From Octopus sinensis (lineage: Eukaryota), in the NCBI RefSeq assembly GCF_006345805.1, contig NC_043003.1, positions 102,858,001 through 102,922,000 on the forward strand: a stretch of DNA of 64,000 nt. Reading direction: 5' to 3'. The translations under genes were made by a program, and so were the position numbers. Below, in pieces: positions 13,108-25,875 of the stretch (positions within the stretch are counted from its first letter, which is position 1; every line of letters starts with the position of its first letter). The notes below the pieces were generated by a model. The model made no database searches and was not told the origin of the DNA. It saw only the letters and a list, made by a program, of their open reading frames with translations.

Positions 13108-13500
13108 TGTGCTAGTAGGGTGCCAAGAGCACCATCCAAACGTGATCATTGCCAGAGCAGCCAACGGGCTTCCATACCTGTGGCACGTAAAAGGGCGCCA
13201 TTCGAGCGTGATTGTTACCAACGTCACTTCACTGGCACCTGTGCCAGTGGCATGTGTAAAAAGATTCGAGCAAGGTCATTGCCAGTACTGCCTGACTGGC
13301 CCCCATGCTGGTGGCACGTAAAAAGCACCCACTACATTCGCAGAGTGGTTGGCATTAGGAAGGGCATCCAGCTGTAGAAACTCTGCCAGATCAAGATTGG
13401 AGCCTGGTGCAGCCATCTGGTTCGCCAGCCCTCAGTCAAAATCGTCCAACCCATGCTAGCATGGAAAGCGGACGTTAAATGATTATGATGATGATGACGA
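13108..13500 (+). mobile_element. RTE-like 3' UTR fragment
   Basis: gtggttggcattaggaagggcatccagctgtagaaactctgcc...ccaacccatgctagcatggaaagcggacgttaaat(gat)n. Confidence 0.8.
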
Positions 13501-13570
13501 ATGCATGAACAAGTGCATTGCTTTTAATTGCTATCAGCCTACATGCTAATCATTGGAGAAGTTTTGTACA

Positions 13571-14855
13571 TGAGGGTGGGCTGAAAAGTTCACAGGCTGA
13601 CTATGAAGCAGTGATGCTAGAATTGTGAAATCCTTCATGCACTAATGTCAACACTTCTTATTAATAGTTGCATTGTTTCTTTCCAGATAAACTGACATCT
13701 GATTCTACAAAGAAGACTTCAAAAGTAACTGGCCATAACATCTCTTGAAATGGACAGAATTTGGCATTGTGGTGTTATCAAATACCTGTAGAAAAAGGAT
13801 TTATCCCCCAATGACATTCATACTGACATGGTTGCTACATTAGGAGATGATGCTCCAACTTTATCAACAAAGCAAAAGTGGACAGCAGAATTTAGGAGAG
13901 GAACAGAGAATCTTGAAGATGATCCGGTGTTTGGACAACCTACAACTGCCACCACTGATGAAAACATTGTGTTCACCACATGCTGATGGATGACAGGCGA
14001 TTGACTATAAATCAAATAGTCAATGCTATTAACGTATCCTATGAGAGAGTCGAGAATATTCTGCACAATGAACTTGGCTTGATGAAGGTTTCTGCTCAGT
14101 GGGTGTCATGTCTTCTGACACCTGATCAAAAGTGCACCAGGCTGATCACATTACAGGAAAATCTGATATTGTATGAGGCAGATCCATTTGGTTTCCTGGA
14201 ACATTTCCTAATACACAATGAATGTTTGATTCATCACTTTTAGCCAAAGAGACAATCCTTGCAGTGGAAGCATCCCTCCTCACCTGTTGCAAAGAAAGTC
14301 ACAGTCATTTCATCTGCAGGAAAGGTGATGGACTCAGTTTCTGGAGATGCAAAAAGCATTGTGTTTATTGACTATTTTCAAAAAGGCTAAGCCATCAATG
14401 GAGAGTACTATGCCACTTGCTGAAGCAGTTTCAAAAGGCTATCAAGTCCAAATGCTCAGGAAAACTGACAGAAGGAGTCTTGTCTCATCAGAACAATGCT
14501 CTCGCATGCAAGTCCTTGGTTTCAATGACTGCTGTGCATGACAGTGGCTTTGAAATATTTTATCAATCTCCCTGTTCTCCAGATTTGGCTCCATCTGACT
14601 ATCATCTGTTCCCAAACATGAAAAACACTTGACTAGGAACCATTTTCACATTGATGGTGATGTCATCGCATCTGCTGTTGATAACTTTTTTAACCAACAG
14701 GATGAAAGCTCCTTCACCAATGGGATCCAAGCTCTGCAACACCAATGGAAGAAGTGTGTGAACTGATAGGGGAGATTATGTTGAAAGTAAACTTCATTTG
14801 GTCACATTCCCTGAGAATATCTTGATCAGTCTAAGAACTTTTTAACCAACCCTCA
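13571..14855 (+). mobile_element. mariner transposon, full length (about 1.29 kb), degenerate
   Basis: TIRs tgagggtgggctgaaaagttcacaggctga / tcagtctaagaactttttaaccaaccctca. Remnants VSAQWVSCLLTPDQK, HQNNALAC and SPCSPDLAPSDYHLFPNMK. Confidence 0.92.
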
Positions 14856-16198
14856 TTTTCATTGTTCCTCTTAAAGACTGAATTTGCAGAATACAAGTTT
14901 AATGATAACTTTTTTCTTTTGGATATAAAAAGCCTTACATTTTAAGGTCCTTACTTAAAAGTTTGTAACACAACAATTATAGATACATATCTGGGTAAAG
15001 AAGCTGTAAAATTGAAGGAGTTGTAACAATACAATGATAAGTTGGAGTTAACAAAATGAATATGAGCCAAAATCAGTCCTTCACCATGTACATGTTGTTT
15101 ATGTACAATCATGTACATATGATTTGACAGAGCCAACAATCTGGTAAAGCCAAAAAGGATGAACAGAAAAACAGCATTCATTTCACAATATCATGTAGAT
15201 TAATTAGATAAAGAGGGGTCCTCCATGTGGTAATGAATGTTTATATATTGGAGTGGTTAGCTGATGTTAGCAGACATATTTTTTTATGAGTCAGGTCAGA
15301 TGGTCAGACAGAATCACATAGACATGGAATAGGAGCCGGCATGGTTTTGTGGCAAGAGGTTTGCTTCCAAACCATCTGTTTTCAGGTTTAGTTCCACTGT
15401 GTAGCAAGTCTTGTTTCATTTCTTATGAATCCGATTATCAGCTTCTACTGTTTTTACTTGTCATTTGCATCCTTTCTCCCAGACCGACTGGCAGGCATTC
15501 AGTTTGCTACTTTCATTTCAAGTTCTTATAGTTTTATATCACCAGTTCTTGGTTGCCCACAAAAATTTGATTAGACAGATTTGTGTTGACATCATCGAAT
15601 CCATGAATTGTTTGACCAGATTTCAAGAATTACTACTTCTTTACAAAGAAAAACATCTGTCAGATTTTTTTTTATGCCTTCTCATATTTGGAAACCAAAA
15701 AGTTTTCAGTTCAAGTCACAGTTTAAATTTTTATACAGTTGTCAAAAGATGTTCTCTTTCTCACTGATTTCAAATGACATGCTGAGATCTACTGAACAGT
15801 TGACCTCTGCAACAATCCCTCATATTGTTCCCTCTCAAGTCAGTTGTCTTTGATAATGATAAGGGAACATGACTATAGAAAGAATGACATTATTGGAGGT
15901 TTATGAATAAAATTTGGTACATGAAAGACATAAATTTTGCAAGACCCAAAGAAGGTAATCCCTGTAAGATAGCAGTAACTCTGAATAAACACCGACCCAA
16001 TGTAGATGAACACTTCAACTCAAACAGGGAACACCTCCAGTGCTGGTGGCAAAAAAAGGACAAAAAAGAAACAAATAAGAAAATAAATTAAAATATGAAT
16101 TCCAAAAATGGTCATACACACACACACACACACACGCACTGCTATGCATAAAAACACACACACATGCACTCGCAAGCACAATAAAAAGATTTACTCAC

Positions 16199-16225
16199 CA
16201 AAATGTATTATGGAACCAACTCCAT
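16199..16225 (-). other. Candidate 27-nt micro-exon of an unidentified host gene
   Basis: ccatttttattgcag|ATGGAGTTGGTTCCATAATACATTTTG|gtgagtaa. Frame-preserving length, unique sequence. Confidence 0.4.
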
Positions 16226-16309
16226 CTGCAATAAAAATGGAGATAATATGAATAATAATAATACTAATAATGATGATGATGATTTCTTTTATTAACAACA
16301 ACTGCAATC

Positions 16310-16500
16310 CTTTCTGCTATAGGTACAAAGACCTGAAATTGAGAAGGAGGGTAAGTTGATTACATCAATGCCAGTGCTCAACTGGTACATGTTTTACCTG
16401 AAAGGATAAAAATTGAAGTTGATCTCAGCTGAATTTGAACTCAGAAAGTAAAGATGGACGAAATGCAGCCAAGTATTTCACCCACTATGCTAACAATTCT
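16310..16500 (-). mobile_element. SINE family M
   Basis: Reverse complement of the family M core and tail. Confidence 0.7.
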
Positions 16501-16538
16501 GCCACTTCACTGCCTTAAATAATGGTTTCTATTATAGG

Positions 16539-16863
16539 TGCGTGGAGGCACAATGGCCCAGTTGTTAGGGCAACAGACTTGCGATTGTAGGATCGCGGTT
16601 TTGATTCCCAGACCGGGCGCTGTGAGTGTTTATTGAGCGAAAACACCTAAAGCTCCATGTGGCTCCATGCGGCTCCATGCGGCTCCAGCAGGGGGTGGTG
16701 GCGATCCCTGCTGTACTCTTTCACCACAACTTTCTCTCACTCTTTCTTCTGTTGGCCTGCTCGCTTAGCCAGTGGGGTGGTGTCATTTGAAGGCTAAAAC
16801 AATGCGAAGCGCACTGTGACCAGCGAGGTGTAGCAACATCTGATAGCCTGGTCGGTCACGGTG
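16539..16863 (+). mobile_element. SINE family R, tail type C, with TSD
   Basis: gtggaggcacaatggcccagttgttagggc head. 8-bp TSD attatagg at 16531-16538 and 16864-16871. Confidence 0.85.
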
Positions 16864-16871
16864 ATTATAGG

Positions 16872-16990
16872 CACAAGGCCTGAAATTTTGGTGGATGGGG
16901 GCTAGTTGACTACATTGATCTAGTGTTCAACAAGTACTTATATTATTGATCTCAAAAGAATGAAGGGCAAATTTGACTTTGGTGAAATAA
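16872..16990 (-). mobile_element. SINE family M, 3' part
   Basis: cacaaggcctgaaattttgg...tgactacattgatc...gtacttat. Confidence 0.6.
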
Positions 16991-17014
16991 TAACAACAAT
17001 AATCTTTTCTTTAT

Positions 17015-18605
17015 TGGCCACAGAAGCTGCACACAAATACAAAGGAGAGTGGAGATTTACATATAGTGCATGTAAAGAGAAACAATGAACAATAAAAATT
17101 CAAATAATAAAATTCCCCAAAAGGAGGGAAGCTCCGTCCAGTGGCAACCAAGGAACCCAACACATCCTGGATACTTTGAATGCCAAGGGTACCTCAGGCA
17201 GGTACCACTCCCCTCTCCACTCCCTTCACCTTCCAGGCACATGCTCAGTGTAGGCTCATTCACATGGGCCATCCTTGCTGCGTTCCCTCTCCTTTCAACA
17301 AAAATACTAGGGGTGGGGTGGGGAGTAGTACTTCCTCTCCACCCACACTTTCTTTTTCAAATGGAACTTGAAAAAGTAGATGAGGGCTTCACTGAAGAGG
17401 CCAAAAGAAGGCAGTGGAGAAATTCTCACGGTAGATTAAACTGATAACCAGATTCACCCTAATTGCACCAACAGCTGTTCCACAAGTCAGCAATGACTGA
17501 ACACTGGACGAGTGTAGGATGGTTTCATCACCCTGCGCACATCTCGGACATGTCCATCTGACAGCACTTCCATGCCTGTAGAAGTTGTCCTGAACTGGCA
17601 GAGCTCCTCGGTAACACTGTCAGGCCAGGGATTTTTGGAAATTATCCATAGTCTGTAGCCTGAAAGTCCTCTGGAAAAGACCAGCTAATTTATCCATCCA
17701 GATGCCCAGAGTTTCTCCATGCATGTTGTCACTCTTGTTTGTCTCTAATACCCTATATAACTACAATAAGGAACTTCCACTACATTTCCCAACTGGCAGA
17801 GGACTGTGAGCACTTGCTGACACTCCAGGTGCCAAGTCCCCTTTTTCAGTCTATGCTTGATCCAGGATTTATAGCTCCATCGATGAGACAAGCTGCAGTA
17901 AATCCTGCCTGACAAATGGTGACCACACCTGATCACCATCAAGTAAATGCTGCAGATGCTGCAGCCTCATCATTAGCTATGGCATACCCAGTCCTCCACT
18001 CAACAGTTGCTACCAGCAGATGGACCATCTGATGGAAAGCAAGTGCTCCAGCTTGATCAGTAATGAAGCTGGGCAAAGGACAATGCTCAGGCGGTGGTAG
18101 ATGATGGAAGTGAAGTTTGCATTCATCATCTCCACCCGACCCTTCAGGGACAGCTTCCTCACTGCCCATTTCTGGGTGAGATTGGCTACCCTGCTTGTCA
18201 CCTTTCCTGAGTTCTTGTCCACCTGGAGGTCCAAACCAAACCAGACCCCAAGCAATTTAGTCAGTCCTTCAGTTCAGTATCAAGCTGCATGCCCACTGAC
18301 TTCTCTTGGTTAATATTTGCTCCTGTCACTTCTTCATACTCTCTTAGGGCACTGACAACCACCTCAATGTCAAAGGTATCCAATACTATTACAGTGACAT
18401 CATCTGCATAAACCAACATGAACCTTCCGCATCCTAGTACATGCAGAATTCCCCTCAAAACATCCAGCTTCCATAGCAATGGCTCATGAGCCAGCACGTG
18501 CAAGAGGAGTGAGAGTGTATATCCTTGATGGACCAAACATGCGATGTTAAACGATTCTGATAAGTGGTCATTTACTTTGACCACCAAACAGATGTTGCTG
18601 TCCAT
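17015..18605 (-). mobile_element. Tx1/L1-clade LINE, 5'-truncated and degenerate
   Basis: LVHQGYTLSLLLHVLAHEPLL...YADDVT...YEEVTGANINQEKS and KWAVRKLSLKGRV. 3' end gtggccaataaagaaaaga. Confidence 0.88.
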
Positions 18606-18932
18606 TGCAATTTGAATTCAGAATGTAAAAAGCTGGAACAGATATTGCAAAGCATTTTTTTTTCATACTAAAACAATTCTGCTGATCCATCTCTGTAATA
18701 ACAACAACAATAATAATAACAGCAATTACAGCAAAATGCGTGAACAGACAATCACAAACACACAGAAACAGAAAAATAAACGGAGAAAGAATGAAGAAAT
18801 ATAAGAAAATTTAAAACAGAATAAGAAAATTTTAAGGAAAGGGCCACAAAAGTTCCTGCCCTAAACTTTTGGTATGTTAAATGTAAATCAAAGTGATAGT
18901 CGCACATCACATCATTGATCTGTATATATGCA

Positions 18933-18979
<47 letters not shown>

Positions 18980-19584
18980 TGGTATATATAAGTGTACATA
19001 TGTGTATCAGTATATATATGTATGTGTACCTGTGTATATGGTAATCTATATATGTGTGCTTGTATATATGCATGCGTATGTGCAGCCATGCAGCTAGAGT
19101 GATTCATTATTTACTTCATTTCATTGCTCCAACTGTGCAGTGATGTTCAACATGTGTGTGCACTGGCCTGTTATTAATACACATTGGTGCTTATTGTGAA
19201 TGTGCACTGATTTGAAGTGAATATAACATACACTGGCATCATTCCCCAGCTCTGTGCCCTCGTCTCTTTCACTATAATCCATTCATCAACACTCTACAAC
19301 CACTGGCTTATAAAACACAGTTTCCTCTGTTTGTTTCCAACAGCTATATTGCTTTCTGATTCTCTAAACAATATAGCTAAGTATGCCATCATCAACATCA
19401 TCATCATCATCGTCCTCGTCGTTGTCATCGTCATCATCATCATCATTGTCGTCGTCGTCGTTGTCATCGTCATTGCCGCTGTCATCATCATCATTGTTTG
19501 AATGTCTACTTGTTCATTCAATAGTTATGAGCTGGATGAATTTTGTGATGGCAAGCACACTATGGCCAAATACCTTCTCTATTA

Positions 19585-19750
19585 GAGTTTCTACAGCTGG
19601 ATTCCCGTTAGGAAGGGCATCCAGCTGAAGAAACTCTGCCGGATCAAATTGGAGCTTGGTGCAGCCATCTGGTTCGCCAGTCCTCAGTCAAATCGTCCAA
19701 CCCATGCTTGCATGGAAAGCGGACGTGAAATGATGATGATGATGATGATT
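19585..19750 (+). mobile_element. RTE-like 3' tail
   Basis: ttaggaagggcatccagctg...ccaacccatgcttgcatggaaagcggacgtgaaat(gat)n. Confidence 0.8.
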
Positions 19751-19914
19751 ACTAACAATTGCAGTTCTTGCAAGCAAAGTAATATTATCCCATGGCTAGA
19801 CATGTTTTCACAAAACATTGGAAATGAAGGATACCAATATTTGGCACTAACACTCATTTGCAGCTATCGTGCGATGCCAAAGCTAGGAGACATTCACACT
19901 TTCCCACTCAATCA

Positions 19915-20070
19915 TGCAATGGTTTTCTTTTAGTTTCCATCTATCAAATCCATTCATGAGGCTCTGGTTGACCAGAGGCTATAATAGAAGACTCTTGCTC
20001 AAGGTGCCGTACATTGGGATTGAACCCAAAGTCATGTGACTGGGAAGCAAACTTCTGAACCACACAAGTA
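19915..20070 (-). mobile_element. SINE family K, 5' half
   Basis: Reverse complement of the head and ttgagcaagagtcttct domain. Confidence 0.65.
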
Positions 20071-21212
20071 TCTCTGGCTTTATCCATCCACGCCTACATC
20101 TATAAAAACTATACAAACTTAACTAAAACCTATCGGTTTCACTGAGTGCTCTTTCTTCCAGGCTTCCATTGTTTTAGATGATAAACTTGTAGGATTTGCT
20201 GTAATGGATAAAAGCCATGCAAACAAATTCATAGTAACGTGTGTTGTACATCTGACTATATTTGTACATGTGTGTGTGTGTGTGTGTGTGTATGTGTGTG
20301 TGCACTGCAATACTAAAGTCAGTCTGTTTGGTTATCTGTATGTAAGAGATATATATGTGTATGGATAGCTGCTTTTATGTATGTTTATGCTTTGGATCGG
20401 TATGCGCTTGGGTTCCAGTGTGTATATAATGTCTTATGTGTTTGTGTGTATGCGAGAGTGGGGGGAAAATGTCCGAACGATTTTCTACATGTGTGTGTGT
20501 GTAGAGGTGGGGGAGGGGGCAGAATTTTCAGGTATGTATGTAAACACAGAGACACACGCACACAATGCTCTTGATATGTTTAACTAACAAATTTAATGTA
20601 AACATGTTTAGCTAAGACGACAGCAGAAAGTCAAACTTCTCATTTACTTTCCATTTCCTGTTTAAATAGAACCTTAGGGCCTATCCTGTCAAACCCCATC
20701 CCGCAAAGGGACACATACACCAACTGGCCAAAAACAAACTATTTGTAACTCTTTTTATTCTTTAAATTATTTTTAGTACATCTTTTACAATCAATCATGC
20801 CAGCTTGAGTACATTATTTCTTAAGCTGATGAAATCTAATAGACTGAAACATGTCCATAGTTGCCATTCTTACCTTCTAACAGGCTTCTAATTAAGTAAA
20901 TTGATTTTTATTTATGAGATTAAAGTCTTAATTTATCTAAAGTACGGTAGTTTGTCTTTAAGAATCCTTGAAAATTGTTTCAAGGCTTTTGTTATTTTCT
21001 TCTCCAACTAAAAGACAAATTTCAATTAAATGCATTATTTTTATACAAAATTTAGCATATTCACACACACACACACACACACATGCATGCACACATGCAC
21101 ACACATATACATACAGAAGACACAGAGCTGTGCATTGATGCTAGCTTCTTTCTTGCCGATACTACCTTCACCACTACCACCACTACCACCACCACTGCCA
21201 CCACCACTACTT

Positions 21213-21440
21213 TTACCTATTTCTTTACTACCCACAAGGGGCTAAACACAGAAGGGACAAACAAGGACAGCCAAATGGATTAAGTCGATTATATTGACCC
21301 CAGTGCGTAACTGGTACTTAATTTATCGACCCCGAAGGGATGAAAGGCAAAGTCGACCTCAGCGGAATTTGAACTCAGAATGTAGCGGCAGACGAAATAC
21401 CGCTCAGCATTTCATCCAGCGTGCTAACGTTTCTGCCACC
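21213..21440 (-). mobile_element. SINE family M, near complete
   Basis: Reverse complement of 25651-25875. Confidence 0.85.
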
Positions 21441-21655
21441 AACATCACTGCCAGCATTAGCACCACCACCACCACCATCTCAACCACCATCACCATCTCC
21501 ACATAAATGTCTCTACTATCTATCATTTTCTTCCTTTTTTTTTTTTAATTTCATCTTTATACTATCCAATACCTTGGAGCTTTGTGACTAATAAAAACTC
21601 ATTATTATTGGGGAGCTGGCAGAATTGTTAGCAAGCTGGACAAAATACCTGGCAG

Positions 21656-21705
<50 letters not shown>

Positions 21706-22099
21706 GCTAATAGTGAACAGTGAGAATGAGTGCTCAACACCGCATTGGTAGATTAATATTCTTTATTTATGGGTTCACAAGGCTATGAATGGTTTCATGA
21801 AGCGAGAGATCTCAACAATTATCAAGCCTGCCACATGGGAACATTGGTATTTGTCTGCCTCTTGGATGAGAATACACAAATATACACGAGACTGTGTGGG
21901 ATTTGGGGATAAATAAATAAATATAGAGATCATGGGAGATAATTTATCAGAAAATCATAATCCCTTGTATTAGCCCTGCGTTCATTGCGAATTGATTAAT
22001 TCTTTAATCATTTTATGTGAGAATCTTCATGCACATCTAAATTTATAAATATAAATAGACACATAAGTGTAATTGCATACCCATACTAAGTGTGTGCTC

Positions 22100-22168
22100 A
22101 CACATACACAGGCACATACATACATACACACATACATACATACATACATACATACATACATACATACA

Positions 22169-22199
<31 letters not shown>

Positions 22200-22200
22200 G
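22100..22200. repeat. (TACA)n microsatellite
   Basis: Direct reading. Confidence 0.95.
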
Positions 22201-22479
22201 CACACAGACACATCTATGCACACATATCTGCATTAAACTTTTCATTTGTATATCATTATGTGCACGTAATTGTGGAATTTCAGAGATTTTGAAGCTAAAC
22301 TTAGTGCGTGGAAGTGTAAATTCATAAGTGTGTGTATGTGCCTTCTTTTCTAGGAATCATGTGATGTAATGAATGTGCAATGCTTATATATCTGTGTGAG
22401 GATGGAATCCAACATAAGCTTGTGTCTTTTATGCATAATATTCATTTAATGCATATATTCGTTGTACAGAGAAGAAATT

Positions 22480-23100
22480 AACTGGGTTGGAGAAGTGGCG
22501 AAGTAGGTGCTTGTAAGTTCCAAGTATGAATTGTTGCTTGTGCATGCAGAGGGAGAAGATTTCCTCCCTAATGCTTAAAATGTTCACTGTTAATGTCATG
22601 CTATTTAGTTTTTCGGCGATGCAAGGCTCGCATTTGCTGCTCATCCCCTGTAAGTGCTGGCCTTAGCTATAGTGCTCCAGTTTATATGGATTCGTTCACT
22701 TCACTTTCTTTAAGTGTCCATGTTATATTGGATAAAGATGTTATATGTCTTTTGTTTTTATCTCTGAACGAAGTCAAATGCTGCATATATCTTTATTTGA
22801 AGATGTTTTCCATCATTCTGATGTAAGTTTTTGTTGTTCTGTTCAAATCTGTAATACTGGCCTTGTATACAAATTCTATTTTTTCTCCCCCAGGTATCTA
22901 TTGTTCAAGGGACAGCTGTCCAGAGATCTAAAATTACTGAATCTTTTGGGGATGTTCTTACCATTGTGATTGAACATGATCAACTTTATATTGGGGAGGC
23001 AACTATAGCTGACTGTGACTGTATTTCTATCGAAGATCTTGTGGTAATGGTTATCTTTACATTTCAGAAATTTTCTAGCTATTTTCCTGGCTACATTCAT
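22480..23100 (-). mobile_element. Penelope-like element, C-terminal/GIY-YIG remnant
   Basis: HKIFDRNTVTVSYSCLPN...CPLN...VYKASIT...TYIRM...KCEPCIAEK, a PLE linker plus GIY-YIG pattern. Confidence 0.85.
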
Positions 23101-23129
23101 AGAAAAAAAAATTTTTTTACACTACCTAT

Positions 23130-23312
23130 ATTGCAATTAGTTTTTAAAATATAAAGAATTTAGTAAAATGAGTTTGTCTTTGTTAAGCTTGTATTTGGGA
23201 CATAAATTATCATGAAGTTATAGGGAAAATTTTAATTTGAAAACTCTAAAACAGGAAATTTTTACTATAGAAACAGGGTTAATTTCAAGTGTGTTGGTAT
23301 CAAAAGGGTTAA
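23130..23312. mobile_element. piggyBac-like MITE, right part (same family as 6385)
   Basis: Ends ttggtatcaaaagggTTAA. Internal similarity to 6430-6620. Confidence 0.55.
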
Positions 23313-24110
23313 GCTACAGTTCAATAAAAAGCTACAGTTCAATAAAAAGTCCAACAATCAGCCCTTTCATGTTTAAACTGGTGATATCCAGCCTTTCATA
23401 CCTATCCTACAATGTTATTCTAAAAAATTTTTTTATATCACATCATCGAAATCTCAAAGCTATGAGATAATGCATGATTAATTCAAAACAATGTGAATAA
23501 ATAAGCATCAAAGGATTAATATGTTGAGGGGATTGTCAGTGGGTACTAGTGAGTCCCATTTCAATGTTCTCAGCTTTTCTGTCAACTGTACATTCACACC
23601 AGAAATGGGCCAATTGGAAAGAGTTAGTTTTTCATTAAGTTTTCATTACCTTTGTAAATGTATACTGCCACAACTGGTCTAAATTCAATTGACATGGTTA
23701 CTACAGATACCTCTGACCTATGAACCCACCAGCATCTCTACTCTCCTTCTTTGTCTATCTGTCTCTGACTCACTGTCTATCCTGCTTTATTTATACCTCC
23801 TTCTGCCCATCTGTGTGTGCATGTCTTTCTGCACATGTGTGTATATGTGTCTCTATCAGTCACTGTGTGTGTATGTACATGTATATGATCCTGCATTCTC
23901 TCTCTTCTCTCTCTCTCTCTCTCTCTCTCTCGTTCCCTGTTTCTCACTCTGTATGTGTGTGTCTCTCTCATTCTGAGTGTATATGCATGTTCCTGTCTGT
24001 CTTTCTCTTTCCCTCCGCCTGTCTGTCCATTTCTTTCATTCTCTGTCCCTTTTTCTCTCTCTCTCTCTCTTTCTTTCCCCCTCTTTCTCTCTCGCTCCCC
24101 TACACACACA

Positions 24111-24152
<42 letters not shown>

Positions 24153-24459
24153 TAACCACAAAATCACTGCAGACAATTATTGTTTTTGTTTTGTTTTTAT
24201 ATTCTTTATGACCACCATCACCACTACCAGACTCCTGTCCCCCCCCACACACACACTGCCACTACCACCTCCACTAGCCCACCCTGCAACCATTACCAGA
24301 ATTATTTACATTAAGCCAAGTCATGCAAACATATTTTGAGTAAATTTACAATTCAAAGTCAATAGCCATGTTTGAGTTTGAACTTGTGATCCACTGCTTC
24401 AATCAATAGCAACCTACCACATTAACCTTCTACTTAGGGTATTATCCTTTAACTGTTAC

Positions 24460-24640
24460 TTGTTTTTGTCTTTGCACTGGGGCCACGCTGGAGCACCATG
24501 TTAAAGGGGTTTTTAGGGAATTAATCAGCCCCAATACTTTTTCCTTTAAACTTGGCACTTATTCTATTGGTCTCTTTTGTGGAACTGCTAATTTACGGGG
24601 ACATAAACAAACCAACACCGGTTGTCAAGTACCGATAAGG
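24460..24640 (-). mobile_element. SINE family K, 3' half
   Basis: ggccacgctggagcacc...ggggacataaacaaaccaacaccggttgtcaag. Confidence 0.7.
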
Positions 24641-24786
24641 GACAAACAAAAAAGCACACACGCAGACATATATCTATATACACATATACATAAACATATC
24701 ACTCTCTCCCTATCTATTTGTCTGTCTGTCTCTCCCTCCCTCTCTCCCTCCCTATCTCTCTCCCTCCCTCTCTTTCTCTCTATATA

Positions 24787-25287
24787 TCTATATATATAAA
24801 ACTGTAGTTGTGTGAGTGTCTGTCCCCTTCGATTTAGATTCCTAACTACTCCCACATTTTGCGGTGCAGTTTAACCAAATTCGGGTATCTTATAGTCGTG
24901 ATTCATATCGAGCCCGTCTGAGTATTAGCGCATGTCTATGATGAGTCTACGATTTAAAAAATAATTTAACATCATTTTAATGCATAATTTTTCGTGTGTC
25001 GATGGCGGCGGAGTTGGCGTCCATGGTCACACCTGCACCTGTTTGCTTCTCCCCCTTCTTCCTTCCCTCGTGAAGCTGTGGGGAAGGGAGTGTAAGGAAA
25101 TCAACGTCGTAAAGCGTTGTCAAGGAGACCAGCGTTCTTTTAGAACAACGACTTCATGGCTTGAAGACACCAAAACAGAAATGGCTAAGAAAGCCCGAAT
25201 TGGCATTTATAAGGGAAGTAACTCTCTAAAAATGCTTATATAGTTATTTCCCTTACAAACCCGAGCAACGCCGGGCGATACTGCTAG
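24787..25287 (+). mobile_element. Non-autonomous Helitron, complete (same family as 7035)
   Basis: a|TCTATATATATAAAA... 5' end. 3' cccgagcaacgccgggcgatactgCTAG|t. Confidence 0.88.
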
Positions 25288-25650
25288 TATATTATATATA
25301 TGTATGTATGTTGTATGTATGTATAATTATAATTTAACTAACTTGTATCAAATTTCTTGGTGCTTACAATGGTGGGCTGAAAAGTTCATAGGCTGACTAT
25401 AAAAGAATAATGCTAGAGCTGTGGAATCATGCATGCACCAATTTCAGCTTTTCTACTTATTAATAACCACATTGTTTATCTCCAGGTAAATTCACATCTG
25501 ACTGTTGAAAGAAGACTTCAGAACTAACTAGTGGTGACTTCTCTTGAAAATGGACAAAATTTGATGTTGTGGTGTTATCAAGTACCTTCAGAAAAAGAGC
25601 TTCATCCCCAAGGACAGTCATGCTGACTTGGTTGCTAGATTAGATGACAC

Positions 25651-25875
25651 TAAGGCGGCGAGCGGGCAGAATCATTAGCACGCCGAGCGAAATGCGTAGC
25701 TGTATTTCGTTTGCAGTTATGTGTTCTGGGTTCAAATTCCGCCAAGGTCGACTTTGCCTTTCATCCTTTCGGGTCAATAAATTAAGTACCAGTTTCGCAC
25801 TGGGGTCGATGTAATCGACTTAATCCCTTTGTCTGACCTTGTTTGTAGCCCCTTGTGGGTAGTAAAGAAATATAT
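25651..25875 (+). mobile_element. SINE family M with TSD, nested in mariner
   Basis: ggcggcgagcgggcagaatcattagcacgcc head. 12-bp TSD attagatgacac at 25639-25650 and 25876-25887. Confidence 0.9.

Noticed and set aside
15600-15900. Minus-strand FWFPNMRR, resembling an LTR integrase zinc-finger region
   Set aside because: A single short motif among many stops, with no other integrase motifs found.
22392-22426. Hammerhead-like relic ctgtgtga-ggat gga atcc-aac-ataagcttgtgtc next to the PLE endonuclease
   Set aside because: Both core segments are damaged and stem I does not pair.
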